In this document: positions 1 through 13,334 of the stretch, piece after piece
Layout of the letters: each line of letters starts with the position of its first letter
How positions within the stretch are numbered: the stretch's first letter is position 1
Origin: Asterias rubens
Taxonomy: Eukaryota
DNA: 64,000 nt
Direction: 5' to 3'
Assembly: GCF_902459465.1 (NCBI RefSeq)
Contig: NC_047071.1
Coordinates: forward strand, 17,670,001-17,734,000
Translations under genes and position numbers: made by a program
The notes under the pieces: model-generated
Seen by the model: the letters and a program-made list of their open reading frames with translations, nothing else
Databases searched by the model: none
Told to the model about the DNA's origin: nothing

Positions 1-2748
1 CGTGGGGAGTCAATTGGAAGAACGGGCCCCCGGTGATGGGTGAGGTATACTGCGAATGTCTGCGCGCTATAACATTCTCCAACAATACAAGTCACTCATT
101 GTGCGATCGTTTTCTTCACGATTTGTGTAGTGTCATCTCAATTTGGATAGGCTGGGAGTGACACTTCTCTGTTTCATAGTTCCTGTGTAAGATCGATTTG
201 AGCTATCATCAGTCATCTTTCAAGAAAGTCAACGGCTGTTCTGTTTTGTTTTTGTTCTTGTGGAATCTTCAAAGAGGATGGTTGGGTTGTCCTAAGGGCT
301 AATCAGAATGGGGCTTTTAAGACCACGAAACAGAGGTGAACTATATCAAAGAGTGATTTGTTTGTATATTTAGGTTCTGGTAAATAAAGCATCTTTGGTC
401 ACTGATTTGAAATGACTCGATTTGTGAATCACTTAATTTAATGTAAATGAACAAAGATGACCTCATCTCCGAAAGGATAAACAATTTTGTTGTCTTCTTG
501 TTACAACTTCGTTATTTACTTATCTTGTTCACGGATGACTACAACTTAATTCACGCATCTCTGCGTAATAAGAAGGTATCTTTAAAAACATATATTAGTG
601 TCCATGTCTTATTGAGACAGGTGTTGCTTTACACACTGTCCTCAATTTGAACTTCAAGGCAGTGGACACTATTGGAAATTGTCAAAGACCAGTCTTCTCA
701 CTTGGTGTATCTCAACATATGCATAAAATAACGAACCTGTGAAAATTTGAGCTCAATTGGTCGTCGAAGTTCCGAGATAATAATGCAAGAAAAAAACACC
801 CTTGTCACACGAAGTTGTGTGCGTTTAGATGGTTAGACCTGGTCTCGAAATCAATTTGATTGGAAAATTACTTCTATCTCGAAAACTACGTCACTTCAGA
901 GGGAGCCGTTTCTTACAATGTTTTATACTATCAACAGCTCCCCATTACTCGTTACCAAGTGAAGTTTTATGCTGATAATTATTTTGAGTAATTACCAATA
1001 GTGTCCACTGCCTTTTAAGCTAGACAATTATGAGCTGTTCCGATCCTCATTCCTCATCCGATCCTCACTTGACAATTAAATTGTTAAAGGCAAACGAACC
1101 TTTGATTTTGTTTTCAACCGTTCGATTGCTTCAATCGTACGTAAGTGTAGATGTATAATATATCAAAATAACATGTGACCATTCCATTTTAAAAGGTGGT
1201 CGTGTTTTTTTGGATATCGCCAAATATCCGGATCAAATTTATGTCCACGCGGGAAGAATAATCCCTAATTTTTGACACAATCAGAGACTATCGGCATATC
1301 ATTCAAATTTTGGGGGATATTGTTTCATAACCGCAGTACTTAGAAGTGAAATGTTTCTCAAAAATGCAATATACCATCCAAAGCTAGCTGCTGTACTTCT
1401 TACCGTAAAGTTTTTTATTGCCATTAATTTTCAGTCATTTACCAAATGTGTACAGACCCTTTAAAGGCGTTCATCTTGTCGAAAACGACCTGCCGTGGTC
1501 AAGACAGCCAGGGTGTTATACAGGGTCAATATTTACACTTTGACTCGGTCATCCGGTTCGAGACAACTGCGCAGTCTTAGCTTTACTTATCGCTGGTTAG
1601 TTTCATAAGATTTCCAAACTGTTTGTAATTTCTTTCTTGAAGATGTAGACATGGATCAGTGACCTTTTGGGATCCGTTCCAAATTTGACTGTCTGGGATT
1701 TGCGTTACTTTTCAGTGCAGGTCAAGGAACTTGTCGAAATGTAAGATAGCCCTACACTATATAATAGGCCTAACCTTCGAGATTTTGATTCACCAGGTAT
1801 AATTCCATGTAAGTAATCAATGTTGCCCCGCCGATTTGGGCTCCATATAAGTACCCTCTCTGGTTACAACCCCAATTTGTACATTTGCAGAATACGCAGG
1901 GCAGTTCTCATTCAGAGCTGAGAGGTCTCCCGAATTCCGAAAATCTACTCCGCGGTACTCGAACATAAAGAAAGACAAGTTCTTAAAAGAATATATTAAT
2001 CTACCTGGCAAGTAGACACACACATAATACCGCAAACTAAATAATATACATTGCGATTGTTTTGTACAATTGTGATTTTTTTTTTAGTAAACCAAACAAA
2101 CCCTTTAAGCTACACGGATACACACAGGTGCATGAGATCAGAGGAGCTGAGGAGAGGAGCACTGTTCCCATCTCAAAGTCCCTCTGTGCACGCCACTGGG
2201 GTCCCGATCAGACTTGGTGCCCTAAAGCATTCCGGTTTGAATCAAGATTACTTTCCTCTCGCCGCTGCAGACCGATCCCCGAGGGGTGTCCTCTCTTTCG
2301 TCGGGAGAATCACCCCTCGCCAAGCCCTTTTCCTCTCGTTAAGGTGTCTAAAGACGAATCTAGGGAGCATCTTAGGTGTTCCGTTGGAGGAAACGGAATG
2401 AGTAACTGTCTCTCATGACCCTGGACGCCGAGGACAGAGACAGAAAATACGGCGCTGCTCCCTGATTTCTAATAATTGTTAGAACTCTCTTATCAAAGTC
2501 CCGGCAAAAATTGGGAAATTGGTACCGAGGGAATTGGGTAAGTCTCCCCGATGGGGACTAAATGTGTAACATCCATCTGAAAATAAACCTCTCTGTGCTG
2601 ATGAAATGTTCCCATCGGAAACGCCCATCAGTTTAATTTACCCCAAAACGGTTGTAAATTAATTGCACTAAATGTCTTTATTTCCAGGTTTCTGCTATGC
2701 GGATACCCAAGGGACCCAAGACTGCCGTTTATAAAGAAATGTCTTTAG
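1..2748 (+). CDS. Candidate 3' part of a multi-exon gene of unknown product (putative exons <1-39, 275-335, 1716/1721-1740, 1797-1808, ~1891/1900-2007, 2142-2343, 2688-2748)
   Basis: Run of plus-strand splice signals: G|GTGAGG 39, AG|GTGAAC 335, ttttcag 1715, |GTAAGA 1741, caccag 1796, |GTAAGT 1809, tttgcag 1890, CTG|GCAAGT 2008, tttccag 2687. One phase-consistent path reads WGVNWKNGPPVMEDGWVVLRANQNGAFKTTKQ...RAERSPEFRKSTPRYSNIKKDKFLKEYINLP...PRQALFLSLRFLLCGYPRDPRLPFIKKCL*. Acceptor choice is under-determined (the acceptor at 2127 would end the protein ...NLPGA*). No family recognised. Confidence 0.4.
657..1013. mobile_element. Kolobok-type MITE family A, full copy
   Basis: TIRs AGGCAGTGGACACTATTGG / CCAATAGTGTCCACTGCCT, TTAA-like flanks; internal sequence recurs many times in the window. 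Confidence 0.85.
1140..1460. mobile_element. Kolobok-type MITE family E, degenerate
   Basis: Right end TTACCAAATGTGTACAGACCCT|TTAA; body aligns by eye with 7345-7670. Confidence 0.55.
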
Positions 2749-2831
2749 AGTGTCATGACCTTAATGCTATATCTTGTGTATTTAAGAGTTATATGTGTAT
2801 AGTTAGATCATTCTCAAATGTATCCTTTTAA

Positions 2832-3160
2832 AGGAACATTACAGAACAATTTTTAAAAAACTCGTCGAAGATCACAGATTTACATAAAACTTACATGGCT
2901 AATGATGGTGATAGTAGAAAACATCCCTTGATAAAAAATAAATAAAACCAATTTCCCCGTTCGGAGTTTATCGATCAGTGAGCGTTTTACTTAATTGTTT
3001 AAATCGATTTCATGCAAAATATGTAATCAGTTGTTCACTTTTCCCTCGTGAACTAGATGGCCGATCGATCTCAAACTTGTACAGGTTCTGCCCACTTATA
3101 GAGATCAGTGGTTCTCCCATGCAACTTTTTTTAAGCAAAAATCAATTCTGTAATGTTCCT
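2832..3160. mobile_element. Kolobok-type MITE family B
   Basis: TTAA|AGGAACATTACAGAA ... TTCTGTAATGTTCCT|TTAA; reverse-oriented relative of 12970-13334. Confidence 0.85.
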
Positions 3161-3718
3161 TTAAGAGCAATGTGTGTTTGCCCAGATCATAACTTGTTCT
3201 TTTCAACTTTCTCGTCGTGCAGGAAAAACAAAATGTTTATCTCCAGTCACCCCTCCATCACAAATATCATTTCCATTCACAAAATCTCTCTAAATAAGTT
3301 GTGCTTCGACGGAAACACCCGGAGCTGAACATGACTTAGAAACACACAGCTCAATGGCAGAATATTGAACATCACAATGAGCGTGTATGAGACGTCCATA
3401 TCCTGTCCAGACGTTGAATCTATTACGTCTATAAATATTTAATGTCTACATTTTATAGATTTTTGTAGTTATGTCGCAAAATCTCACGACTGTTAAAGGT
3501 AGTGGACACTATTGGTAATTACTCAAAACATTTATTAGCATAAAACCTTACTTGGTAATGAGTAATGGGCCTCTTTGATCTGTCGTGAGCGATTTGTGGC
3601 TGTGTCTCTAAACTATTCATGAGTTTGTACCGAATTTGAATTACTATTGAATGTGGTTTTTCGAAACTATCTTGAACCAATCATCGAAAATACACATGTT
3701 GTTATGGATGATTACATA

Positions 3719-4094
3719 AGACAGTAGACACTATTGGTAATTACTCAAAATAATTAATGGCATAAAAACCTTACTTTAACGAGTAATGGTGAACTGTTGA
3801 TATATAGTATATAACATTGTGAGAAACGGCTCCCTCTGAAGTAGTTTTCGAGAAAGAAGTAATTTTCTACGAATTTGATTTCGAGACCTCCAAATTAGAT
3901 TTTGAGGTCTCGAAATCAAGCATCTGAAAGCACACAATTTCGTGTGACAAGGGTGTTTTTTCGTTCATTATTATCTCGCAACTTCGACGACCAATTGAGC
4001 TCAAATTTTCACAGGTTCGTTATTTTATGCATATGTTGTGATAAACCAAGTGAGAAGACTGGTCTTTGACAATTACCAATAGTATCCTGTGTCT
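3719..4094. mobile_element. Kolobok-type MITE family A (a 5' fragment also lies at 3497-3568)
   Basis: Family A body, ends GTCT|TTAA. Confidence 0.8.
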
Positions 4095-4164
4095 TTAACT
4101 GCTGAACAACGTTACTCAGTCCTGTGCAGTAATGTGCCTTTAATTAAAGTATTGATGACCAGGG

Positions 4165-4345
4165 TACCAGGCTGTCTAGTACACCGTACTTATAGTTGGT
4201 GTTGGTAGAGAGTGGGTTCGAGTCCTGGTCCTGGCATTTGTTTCCCTGAGGTCCTTCAGCAAGGCTATAAGAATGCTTTGTCCTTCGGATGGGACGTTAA
4301 AAAGGCCACGGGTCCCGTGCGATGTGTTTCGGCCTATACGAAGCA
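4165..4345 (+). mobile_element. tRNA-derived SINE fragment
   Basis: B-box GGGTTCGAGTCC at 4214; core GTCCTTCGGATGGGACGT shared with the reverse copy at 34133-34428. Confidence 0.6.
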
Positions 4346-4359
4346 CTTTCAAAAAATGG

Positions 4360-4830
4360 GCTAGATGCGGAGGACATTATTGCATATGCAATAATGTTCG
4401 CTGGACGGTTTTGCATATGCAATCTAGTGGTCTGCCCGGACGCTGCTGCATAATGCAATTGTGTCCGCCCGGACACATTTGCATATGCAGTTGTGTCCGC
4501 CCCCGTGCAAAACCGTCCTTGCAGTAAATTAAGCGCCCTTGGTCGACGGAACACGTTCGCCATTTTTTTTTACAAGCTAAGTGCATGTCATGAATGACAT
4601 GGGAAATGTTCGGCCGTTGGGTATTCGCTGCAATCATAAAATACGTGAATATTCATGCTGCATATACGTAGGTTCAGTGCATGCACGCTCGCTTACGCGC
4701 GCACATACATGTACAGTCATGTAAATGTCCGCCGGACGGTTTTTGCATAGCGCCGGACGGTTTTGCATGTGCAAAAGTGTCCGGAGCGGACAGTATTGTA
4801 TGGCAGACACAATTGCACCTGACACCGGCG
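4360..4830. repeat. Modular non-autonomous element built from CCGGAC..TTGCAT / GCATATGC units in both orientations
   Basis: Repeated GGACGGTTTTGCAT and its reverse complement TGCAAAACCGTCC; several GCATATGC palindromes. Confidence 0.55.
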
Positions 4831-6791
4831 TTTATGCCATGATCTGGCAGCAGATAATGTATCCCTTTAAATGTCTGTTGTTATGTGCCATAGTCAATCC
4901 ATCCTATATAATAAATCTGAACAATCTCCACCTGATTTTACCATTAGGCAACAGGCGTGTCCCTCATGACAGACATGGTGCAGTATAACGTACACTATAT
5001 TTTTTTACGATTATTATGGAATTGGGTACTGCACCCCACACTTTAATGATACAATCGAACATTCTAATGTTGACAACTCTAGCAGCATTTATAATGTGTG
5101 AGAAATATGTACTCGAGATGAACTGTCATTCCATGGATACCTTAAGACCGCTTCAGGGATTCAGATTCACTTCTTGTCGTTACGTCAAATAATAATGTGA
5201 TTCATTCAGATGGTTCCTTTTCCATGAGGTACGACCAGGGACCGAATTCCCTGGCATTTAAAGGGCGTGTAAGGTGTATGCCCACTGAGGCTTGTTTTTT
5301 TTTTAAGAGGTATTGGCGGACACTATAGGCGTGCACTGTTTGGTTTGGGCGTATACAGACAAATTTACTAAACCCAATAGTGTCATATGAATGGCTTATT
5401 GTTATGAGCATTGAACTGTAGGCTACAGACCTTCAAATACAAGATAATGATCAAGCACTCATACAATAAATTACTATTGGACCTTCAATCCATTATATCC
5501 TAACTCAGAAAATGTAGCCAGTGGCATTGGACTTTATCGCGTTTATGTTGACCTCTAGCCGAGGGCGCCCTACTCAACTGACGTCATGCGCATAAGGGTT
5601 ATGAGTGTTATCAAAATTAATGCATTTAGGATGTTTATGTGAATTATAGAGGAATACTTTCTTACTCGCACAACTTTGAGTATTCTTAATTGGATCCCCA
5701 ACTGTGGCCATTTTGAAGACCAAAGCGAGCAAGCAAAATTGTATAAATCCATTTTATAGACCATGTGAACTTTTTTTACAATAAGTGTGACCTTGTGCAT
5801 TCTTCTGGTATTCTGGCAGGCAAGATACTACACTATAGTCCTATGGGAAAGTTGACATTTTGTGTCATAATTTCCACATATATCTAAGAATTATGAAAGT
5901 AAAAGCTGGACAAGTTTTGAGATGTGCCCCCTTTCATTATATCAAAAGTTGATAAGAATTAGACAGTGCAATCTCCGTAAAATATAAGATTTTATGTTTC
6001 TCTCCCATTGGGCTGTGTACAAATCGTGCCTGCAGGAAGTCCAGGCTCTGTGGCTCTTTTGTAAACATGTGATGTCACAGGTCCCATCGTCTATACATCA
6101 CGACATTAAGATTGCTGAAGGTAGATCTGTGTATAATCTATCTTCGAATCTAAGAAACCAGAAATGAGTGAGTAACCAGACGGTTTACCTGAGCCCTAAT
6201 GCTTCATTCCTCTTCTTTATTTCCCGCCCACCCAACTCTCTGATTCAGTGACGAATTATGTCTTTAAATCATCGAGTTTTTCAAAGTTTGAAAAAAAGGG
6301 CGTTGCGATTTCCTCCACATCCCGCCCCAATTAGAACCTGGGACACCTTAAAGCAGTGGATACTTTTGTTTAAAACAACACCAGACGGTTGGCGAACATG
6401 AATTGATTTATGGCTCTTTCAGTGGAAGAAGAACAAGAAGAAGATAATACAAAAAGTAGTTTTCCATTGACACAGTAAACTTCCCTTTAAAAGTAGTGAA
6501 TACTGTATGAGTTCAATCTGTCCAAAGTGAACATGTCAGCAATCAAGTTCAAATTTGAACGTCCAAATTTGTATCCCTAATTTGTGCGTGCATGTTTGAT
6601 TCTTCCTAGTAACTAATTTACATAAGCGTGCATTCGTGTGATTAATTAAACTCTTGTTGTATCCGCATTTGCTAGTCTTGGTTTAATATACAAATAGGCC
6701 AGTGCCATATTTCCAGTGCCATAGTCCCTTTTGCTTTGCTTGTTTGTTGGTTGTTTTCTACTCTCATCTGCTTCGTCCAAAAGAATCAATA

Positions 6792-6932
6792 GGAGATAAT
6801 CTGTGACGCTAGGTGGCAGCAGACTTACCGGGTAAAGCCATTGTTCTCAGAATTATGCGCGTGTTCAGAACTACGTAAACAATGGAAATTTACCCGGTAA
6901 GTCTGCCGCCACCTAGCGTTGGAAAGACTCCC
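6792..6932. mobile_element. Palindromic MITE
   Basis: ACGCTAGGTGGCAGCAGACTTACCGGGTAAA ... TTTACCCGGTAAGTCTGCCGCCACCTAGCGT (about 31-bp inverted repeat, 1 mismatch). Confidence 0.8.
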
Positions 6933-7344
6933 ATTTGTTGGTGTTGATATCTCTCTTCAGGAAGTTGCGTTTATGATATTCAATTGATTTGTAGTTTTTT
7001 GTGGAAAAACAATGTGATATTTGCATTTGTTATAATGATCAATTGATTTGTAGTTTGTTGGGTAAAAATATGACAATTTATTTATCGGTAAATATTATTT
7101 AATTTAAGGCAATAATTCAGAATATTATGGAAATACTTCCAGGAGTCAAATATGTTTAAATTGCTTTTTATTCCCGCGGGCTGTATCCTTGCATACTCAA
7201 GGTTACTGTCATTGCTTCAAGGTTCCCTCAGGGGAACAAAGATCAACGCGAAGTAGGTCACCACTCAACATTAAATAATTTAATATGGAGGGAAAGATCA
7301 TTTAGTCAGCAGGGAAACGCAAGTTAAAGGTTAGGGTTTCAATA

Positions 7345-7670
7345 ATTGTACATTATCTTAATGTGGATGTATACAATAAAACTAATAACATTTGAACATT
7401 TCATTTTAAAAGGTGGGTCCGTTTTTGAACTAATGCCGAAAATCCGGAGCGAGTATGTCCACGCGGAAAAATTATCCTTTAATGGAATGCACGATTGACA
7501 CAAATTTTTGGGCAATTTATTTTTATCTCTTTTTACGTAACCAGATAACTTCGAAATGAAATATTTTTTTTCAAACTTTTTATACTATCGAAAGCTGATG
7601 TGATGGGGTTCTAAACCGGAGTTTTTCCTGCCATTATTTTAAAAGCGACTACAAAACGTATACCTCCCCT
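7345..7670. mobile_element. Kolobok-type MITE family E, degenerate
   Basis: Ends AAACGTATACCTCCCCT|TTAA; body similar to 1140-1460. Confidence 0.55.
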
Positions 7671-10102
7671 TTAAGTTGTTGAATCTGTGGTAAAAAAAAA
7701 CAGAAAAGCCTCCCTTCACTCTCTTAAATTGATTCTGAGCGTACTTTTAGCAGTAAACTCACATTGAAAGGTTCCCATTAAATTGCGCATCGATTAGATT
7801 CCAGAACTGATTTTAAGTAGGAAATACTGTACATTAAACTGAACCATGGTAGAGTATTTGAGACAAATCGGTTTTAATGTAGCCCTGTGACACTGTTGCT
7901 AAAATGTAACCCGGCCCAACATAAAACCCCAGCATTGTACAAAAATTGTCGCTCGGACCTAATCAAGCCCCCCAATCCCTGTACCTGAAAGTAGTAGCAG
8001 TAGCAGTACCTGAAAGTAGCCTCTGGAAGCGCAGTCCAGGCTATACTTTGAGGTACAGGGTTGGTGCTACATTTAAGTGCCATGCATACACAACACAAGG
8101 TACAATTGGAAATAGATAGCTAATAATAAGTTAAAGCTACTCTTAGGTCAACTTGAAAATGGTGTCACTGTTATTTGTGTGCAACATGTGAGCTAATAAT
8201 TCAATTGAGCAATGGCTCAATGGTAGTGCAAGAGAGGAAGGTTTTCACATACATGCTTCCAAAGTACATACATGCTTCCAAAGTAGTGCATTGCCTTCAT
8301 TGATATCAATCATCAAATCCAAGGTGCTAAATCAATAGTCATAACCTATGAGAAGATGATGCTCAGCAGATGCAAAGGGGAACTTTTTGTTCGTTGAACC
8401 CCCGTGCGCTTCACGCACTCCCGGTTCCGACGAGTGACAGTTTATGGACCCGGGTTGAGCTTTCATCACTATAGAGCATCGTCCTTCGAGGTATAACGAC
8501 GGCTTGTGGGTTGATTCATCGCGCCAAGTGACCCGTCCATAGCGTCCAAATAGCCGTGTAAAACAATGTACGGTGAGACGGTTAGTCATCGGGGGAAACA
8601 AGTGAATCCTACGGCGTGAATAGATACCGTTGCCGAACGACATTCTAAGTGCCCGTGCTCTATACTACCCCAATAATAACCAAAAAAATATTCAAAGTAA
8701 ATGCAAACAGATACCACACAAAAAAAACAAAAATTACATCATCCATCTTTGTGTGAATTCATGTATGCAACTGCATATACGTGAAAGTAAAGTGATATGA
8801 AAGGTAGCAGACTAAATCTCTTGAAGTCTTGGCCTCGATTCAAACCATTTTCCAGGCATGATATACGCTTCAGAACCGGAAACCAAGAATTGCATGTGAA
8901 ATAATGGTAGAGAGGGTTTCTGCTGTGAACAGCTGTGAAATGCTGGGTTTTTTTATACTGCGAAGACCTTCATTAGAAAAATGAAATATGTAAAGGATTG
9001 AGTGCTAATTAGGTTTCTCATTTTCTCTGTTGGTGTATCTAAACAGAGTGCTTACAGGGTACTTCCGGTTGATGTTGGTGTTGTTGTTGGTATGGATGTT
9101 GTTTTTTATTTGAAGGCTAATGTTGATGCTAATGTTAACCTTGATATTGACATCCTATGTTGATGCTGTCATTAATGTAGTTATATAATGTTGTTGTTGC
9201 TGAGTAGTTTTGCAAATTGTGGCAAAACTAATTTCATTATTTTAAAGAATACATTCTGCTGTGAAGCTTAAAACAATGGTATGGTATGGTTATACAGATT
9301 TAAAATTTGAGACGTTACAGTACGTTGAAACTGTGCACTCCGTTAGGGTTGGGGGGGGGGGGCGCTCGGGTACAGTCAGGCTCCAACGTGGCTGAAATTT
9401 AAGGTATTTGGCACAATTTCGACTCGTGCCCTCAAGCTGAACACCAGCCGATACCTGTCCCAATTTCACATCCGCAGATCACGGACCAAGTTAATGTGTA
9501 TCAACAATGGATTTAATTTCATTTTATAGGTTTCGTTATTAAAGTTTTGTCGTCGAGTTCAATTAAAGTTCCTATATAAGTCAGCCCAAACACTTTCATC
9601 AGTTCGACCGAAATAATAACTAAATCAATCTTCATTATTTATAAATTTCCATGATTAAAAAGGCCCGGAAGGTCTTACAAATTGTCATTTATATAGAAAA
9701 AGAAGAAATACAATTGAAAGTTTAGATTTGATATTGAATATGGCTGTCAGTCATAAGAAACTGCTTGCAAAAGAGACATTAATAACCCCCTTAAAAGGGA
9801 AATGCCTGTTTTTTGGTACCACCACTCTTAATATTGATTAATGGTATATTCATAAAAATATGACAGGGCTACAGGAATACATTGACCGAAAGGTAATTTG
9901 TATCTTTATCGTCTGACAGCTGACTTGTCATAAAATGTGAAACAAGTTCCGATATATTCCTAAAATTTATTAAATAGCTTCGTTTCAAATGGCTAAGTCG
10001 AATCAAAACTATGAACGTGTACAATATGCAAGATAATCGAAAGATTTAAATCAAAATACATGTAATCCTGTTTTCCTTTAACATGTGATTACTTTCATTT
10101 TA

Positions 10103-10482
10103 AGGGAGGGTACACGTTTGGTAATTACTCAAAACAAATATTAACTTATAATATTATATAAAAACTGACTTGGTAGTGAGCATTGGAGAGCTGTTGATAG
10201 TCTAAAACATTGTAAGAAACGGCTCCATCTGGAGTAGCATAGATTTTGAGAAAGAGGTAATTTCTCATTAAAATAGTAAAAGACTTATAGCCAGAAGTAT
10301 TTTATTCCTATGTGAAAGCACATAAATTTGTCCAACAAGGGTGTTTTTTCTCTCATAATTTTCTCGCAACTTCGATGACCAATAGAGTTCATATTTTCAC
10401 AGGCTTGTTATGTTATGCTTATGTCGGGATACACCAAGTGAGAACACTGGTCTTTGACAATTGCCAAACGTGTACCTTCCCT
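10103..10482. mobile_element. Kolobok-type MITE family A, subfamily A2
   Basis: TIRs AGGGAGGGTACACGTTTGG / CCAAACGTGTACCTTCCCT|TTAA; family A body. Confidence 0.85.
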
Positions 10483-12969
10483 TTAATGATATTTTCACAT
10501 GTTGGAAGATGTACATGAAATGTACTCTTCTGAAAACGCCATCATACAAATACCTCTAAGGATACCTCTAAAACTACAAGGATATAGACATATCAAACAT
10601 CCTATCCAAGATATACATTGTCTTTGGGATTTTTTCTGCAGGACGCGGGAAGTATTTGAAAATCCCTCCCATGCACGAGGTACGATGGGTGTAGCGCAGT
10701 TCCCAGATATTAGTTTCCTTTACACACAGTGACACAGTGTGTAAGAATCTAAATCAATTGGCTTATTAATTTTTTTTTTCATCAACATTTCTGCAGTGTA
10801 CGAGTCTTTGGTAGAGTGCTCACAGAGTGACCTTGAATATTATGCCCAATTTATAGAAAGCATTATTTGGCAATTTGCATAATTTTACATGTCCCTACAG
10901 ATCTTCACGCTGCTGATGTGTATTGGAACAGTGTCAAGTTGTCAGCAACCTGTAGGCAGCAGTCCTATACCTTGTTTGGCCTCAATATCCCGGGATACGA
11001 TAGAAACTAATATAACAACCATTATACAACCACTTAGAAACCACTTATAGTCATTTTAATTAGTTGGCAATTTTAATTAACCAGTTAATTTAAAGGGACA
11101 GTTTACCTTTGCTTATTACTCCAAAAACTAATGATCATAAAATCTCACTTGGTAAAAGAAGCACTGCAGCTGTTAATAATTTATAACATTTTGAGGGCCA
11201 ATTCCATTCAAAGGAATGTCATTTTAGAGAGAGGGATTCAAAAAATGTCCAATCTGAGAGATAATGTGTACTCCAATTACGGATTATTCTTAACTGCATT
11301 TTCAAACTATGACATTTAGCCCCTTGTTCATCCTCTTTAATGTTCAATTCGGGAAATACACCGGAAGAATTTACCAATGCATCGTCTGAATTCCCGCCAA
11401 ATGATATCAACATCGCAAAAATATGCAGACGACAATTTAAGTTTACTACCCTTCATGAAAGATACAGCGATTCTGGGTGATTTATGCGCAGAACTGTATC
11501 TTTCCAAGTGCATTTCAGTTTATAACATGTTGCCGCGGGGTCTAAGCTTGGTGGTGATAATTGCAACCAGTCTTTGATGTGGGCTTCTTTTTATCTAGTT
11601 GTAAGAAATGTCCCTATTCAATCATGTCATGCCATCACTTCTGGAATGCTTTTGAGTCCCCCAAACAAAGTCAATGTCTTTCTGTGTGTATTCAACATGA
11701 TGTTTATACATCATGACTCGCCCGCAACTCGTGCACTTTGCCTCTTCATATTGTGTACATTCGTGGTTCCATTTGTGGCTTTAGTTCTTTCATTGTGACA
11801 AACAAAATTGAGTTAATAAAAAAGTTACAGTTGCACACAATATATAAGTTTGAGTAGGCTCTGTGTGTCTCTGTTACGTCGATGCTTTAGGTAGAAAAGA
11901 AAGGACGGGACGTAAAGGTTATTCAAAATTTACTCTCGTGACCATGGAGATAGAGATTAAATTTCTGCCTTTTTGCCATAACGGATCAGTGTGGAAATCG
12001 TATTACTTTGAATCAAAAACAGAAAACGCCAAACAAACAACCAAACAATATATAAGTTAATGAAATTTAGTTAACTGTATTGTTGCGTAAAATGACAAAA
12101 TGTACTGCTTGTCAAACGTGATTTTAGGCATTGCATGGTGCGATATCAATATATTATATATGGTTTGCAGTAACACCATACGTGTGTATCTACTTGCTAG
12201 GTACCTGTTATCATTGTATATGAATTACAACAGCAATCACCTATGACGTCAATTGACATGCTCTAAGATACTGAACGTAACAAAATACTTCCACTCCCGT
12301 CCTCGTTTCGGGCTTCGCTACGGTCCTCGCTTTGGGCTTGCCTAAGTACGGACCGATGACTTACAAGACATGTTTACTTGTACAATGATCCGTGTGAAGC
12401 ATCTCCAAGGAGCACTTAGCACTGAAAACGAGATAACGAGATCCCTGTCATCGGGCCCCTTTGTGACCATTCTTTGACACTCGAGAGAGAACCATACGGA
12501 GTAGCATCTCTCCCTGACCCCCAGCCCAGTGGGCCGACCGACCCGCCCCACCCCTTCGTGAATCGAGTGTGCCGAGTGAAAGTTTGCGCCTTTATTATAT
12601 TCACGTCAGCCGAAGATAAGTGATGAAAGGTCCCCGGGGAAGACCGTTTCATTATTCTGTTTTCTTTTTTTTCTCTTCTTTTGACGGAGAGCAGAGAAGT
12701 GTATGTTGGTGATGGATGGTGGGGTTACTGGCCTGATTTTGTGTTCTCAAAAGCCCACTGGAGGTTTTTGAGTGAAGCAAAGGAGCAGTGACGATACCGA
12801 TAAGTGGTTATCGATAGCTTTGAATGCTATGAAAACTCTCCCATTGGTGCTCATCTGTGCTGGTGCTTTAAAGGAAATGTAAACGTTAAGTAACCACTTA
12901 TAAAATTTATGGAAGTATCAACTTTTGGTTAAAGCCTACATCAACTTTTGATTTAGTATAGAGCATTAA

Positions 12970-13334
12970 AGGAACATTACAAAATTGGTTTTGCTAACAA
13001 AACAGTTGCTGGCAGTGTAAGCACTCTATGTAATCAACCATATACATAAACTGACAAACCTGTAGAAGTTTGAGATCGATCGGCCATCTGGGTCACGAGA
13101 AAATAGTGAAAAACCGATTACAAATTTTGCACGACATCAATGGAAGACAAAAAAATGAATAAAACGCTCACTGAACGATAAACTCCAAACGCGAAATTAG
13201 ATAATATGAAATTTCAGTCATAAATATTTCAAGGAATGTTTTTCTACTATCACCATCATTATACCCCGTGTAAGTTTGATGTAAATCTGTGATCTTCGCG
13301 ATTTTGATTCGTATACCATTTCTGTAACGTTCCT
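12970..13334. mobile_element. Kolobok-type MITE family B, full copy
   Basis: TTAA|AGGAACATTACA ... TGTAACGTTCCT|TTAA. Confidence 0.85.

Noticed and set aside
2595-2626. CTGATGA...GAAAC hammerhead-like string
   Set aside because: Stem II register is off and the cleavage triplet reads GCC (U16.1 missing); at best a dead copy or a chance match.
8332-8643. 103-aa CpG-rich minus-strand ORF with a donor-like end
   Set aside because: No recognisable domain and no phase-consistent neighbouring exon could be established.
11318-11440. SPLFILFN and KYADD resembling LINE reverse-transcriptase motifs
   Set aside because: The two motifs are in different frames, spacing is longer than typical, and no other RT motifs flank them.
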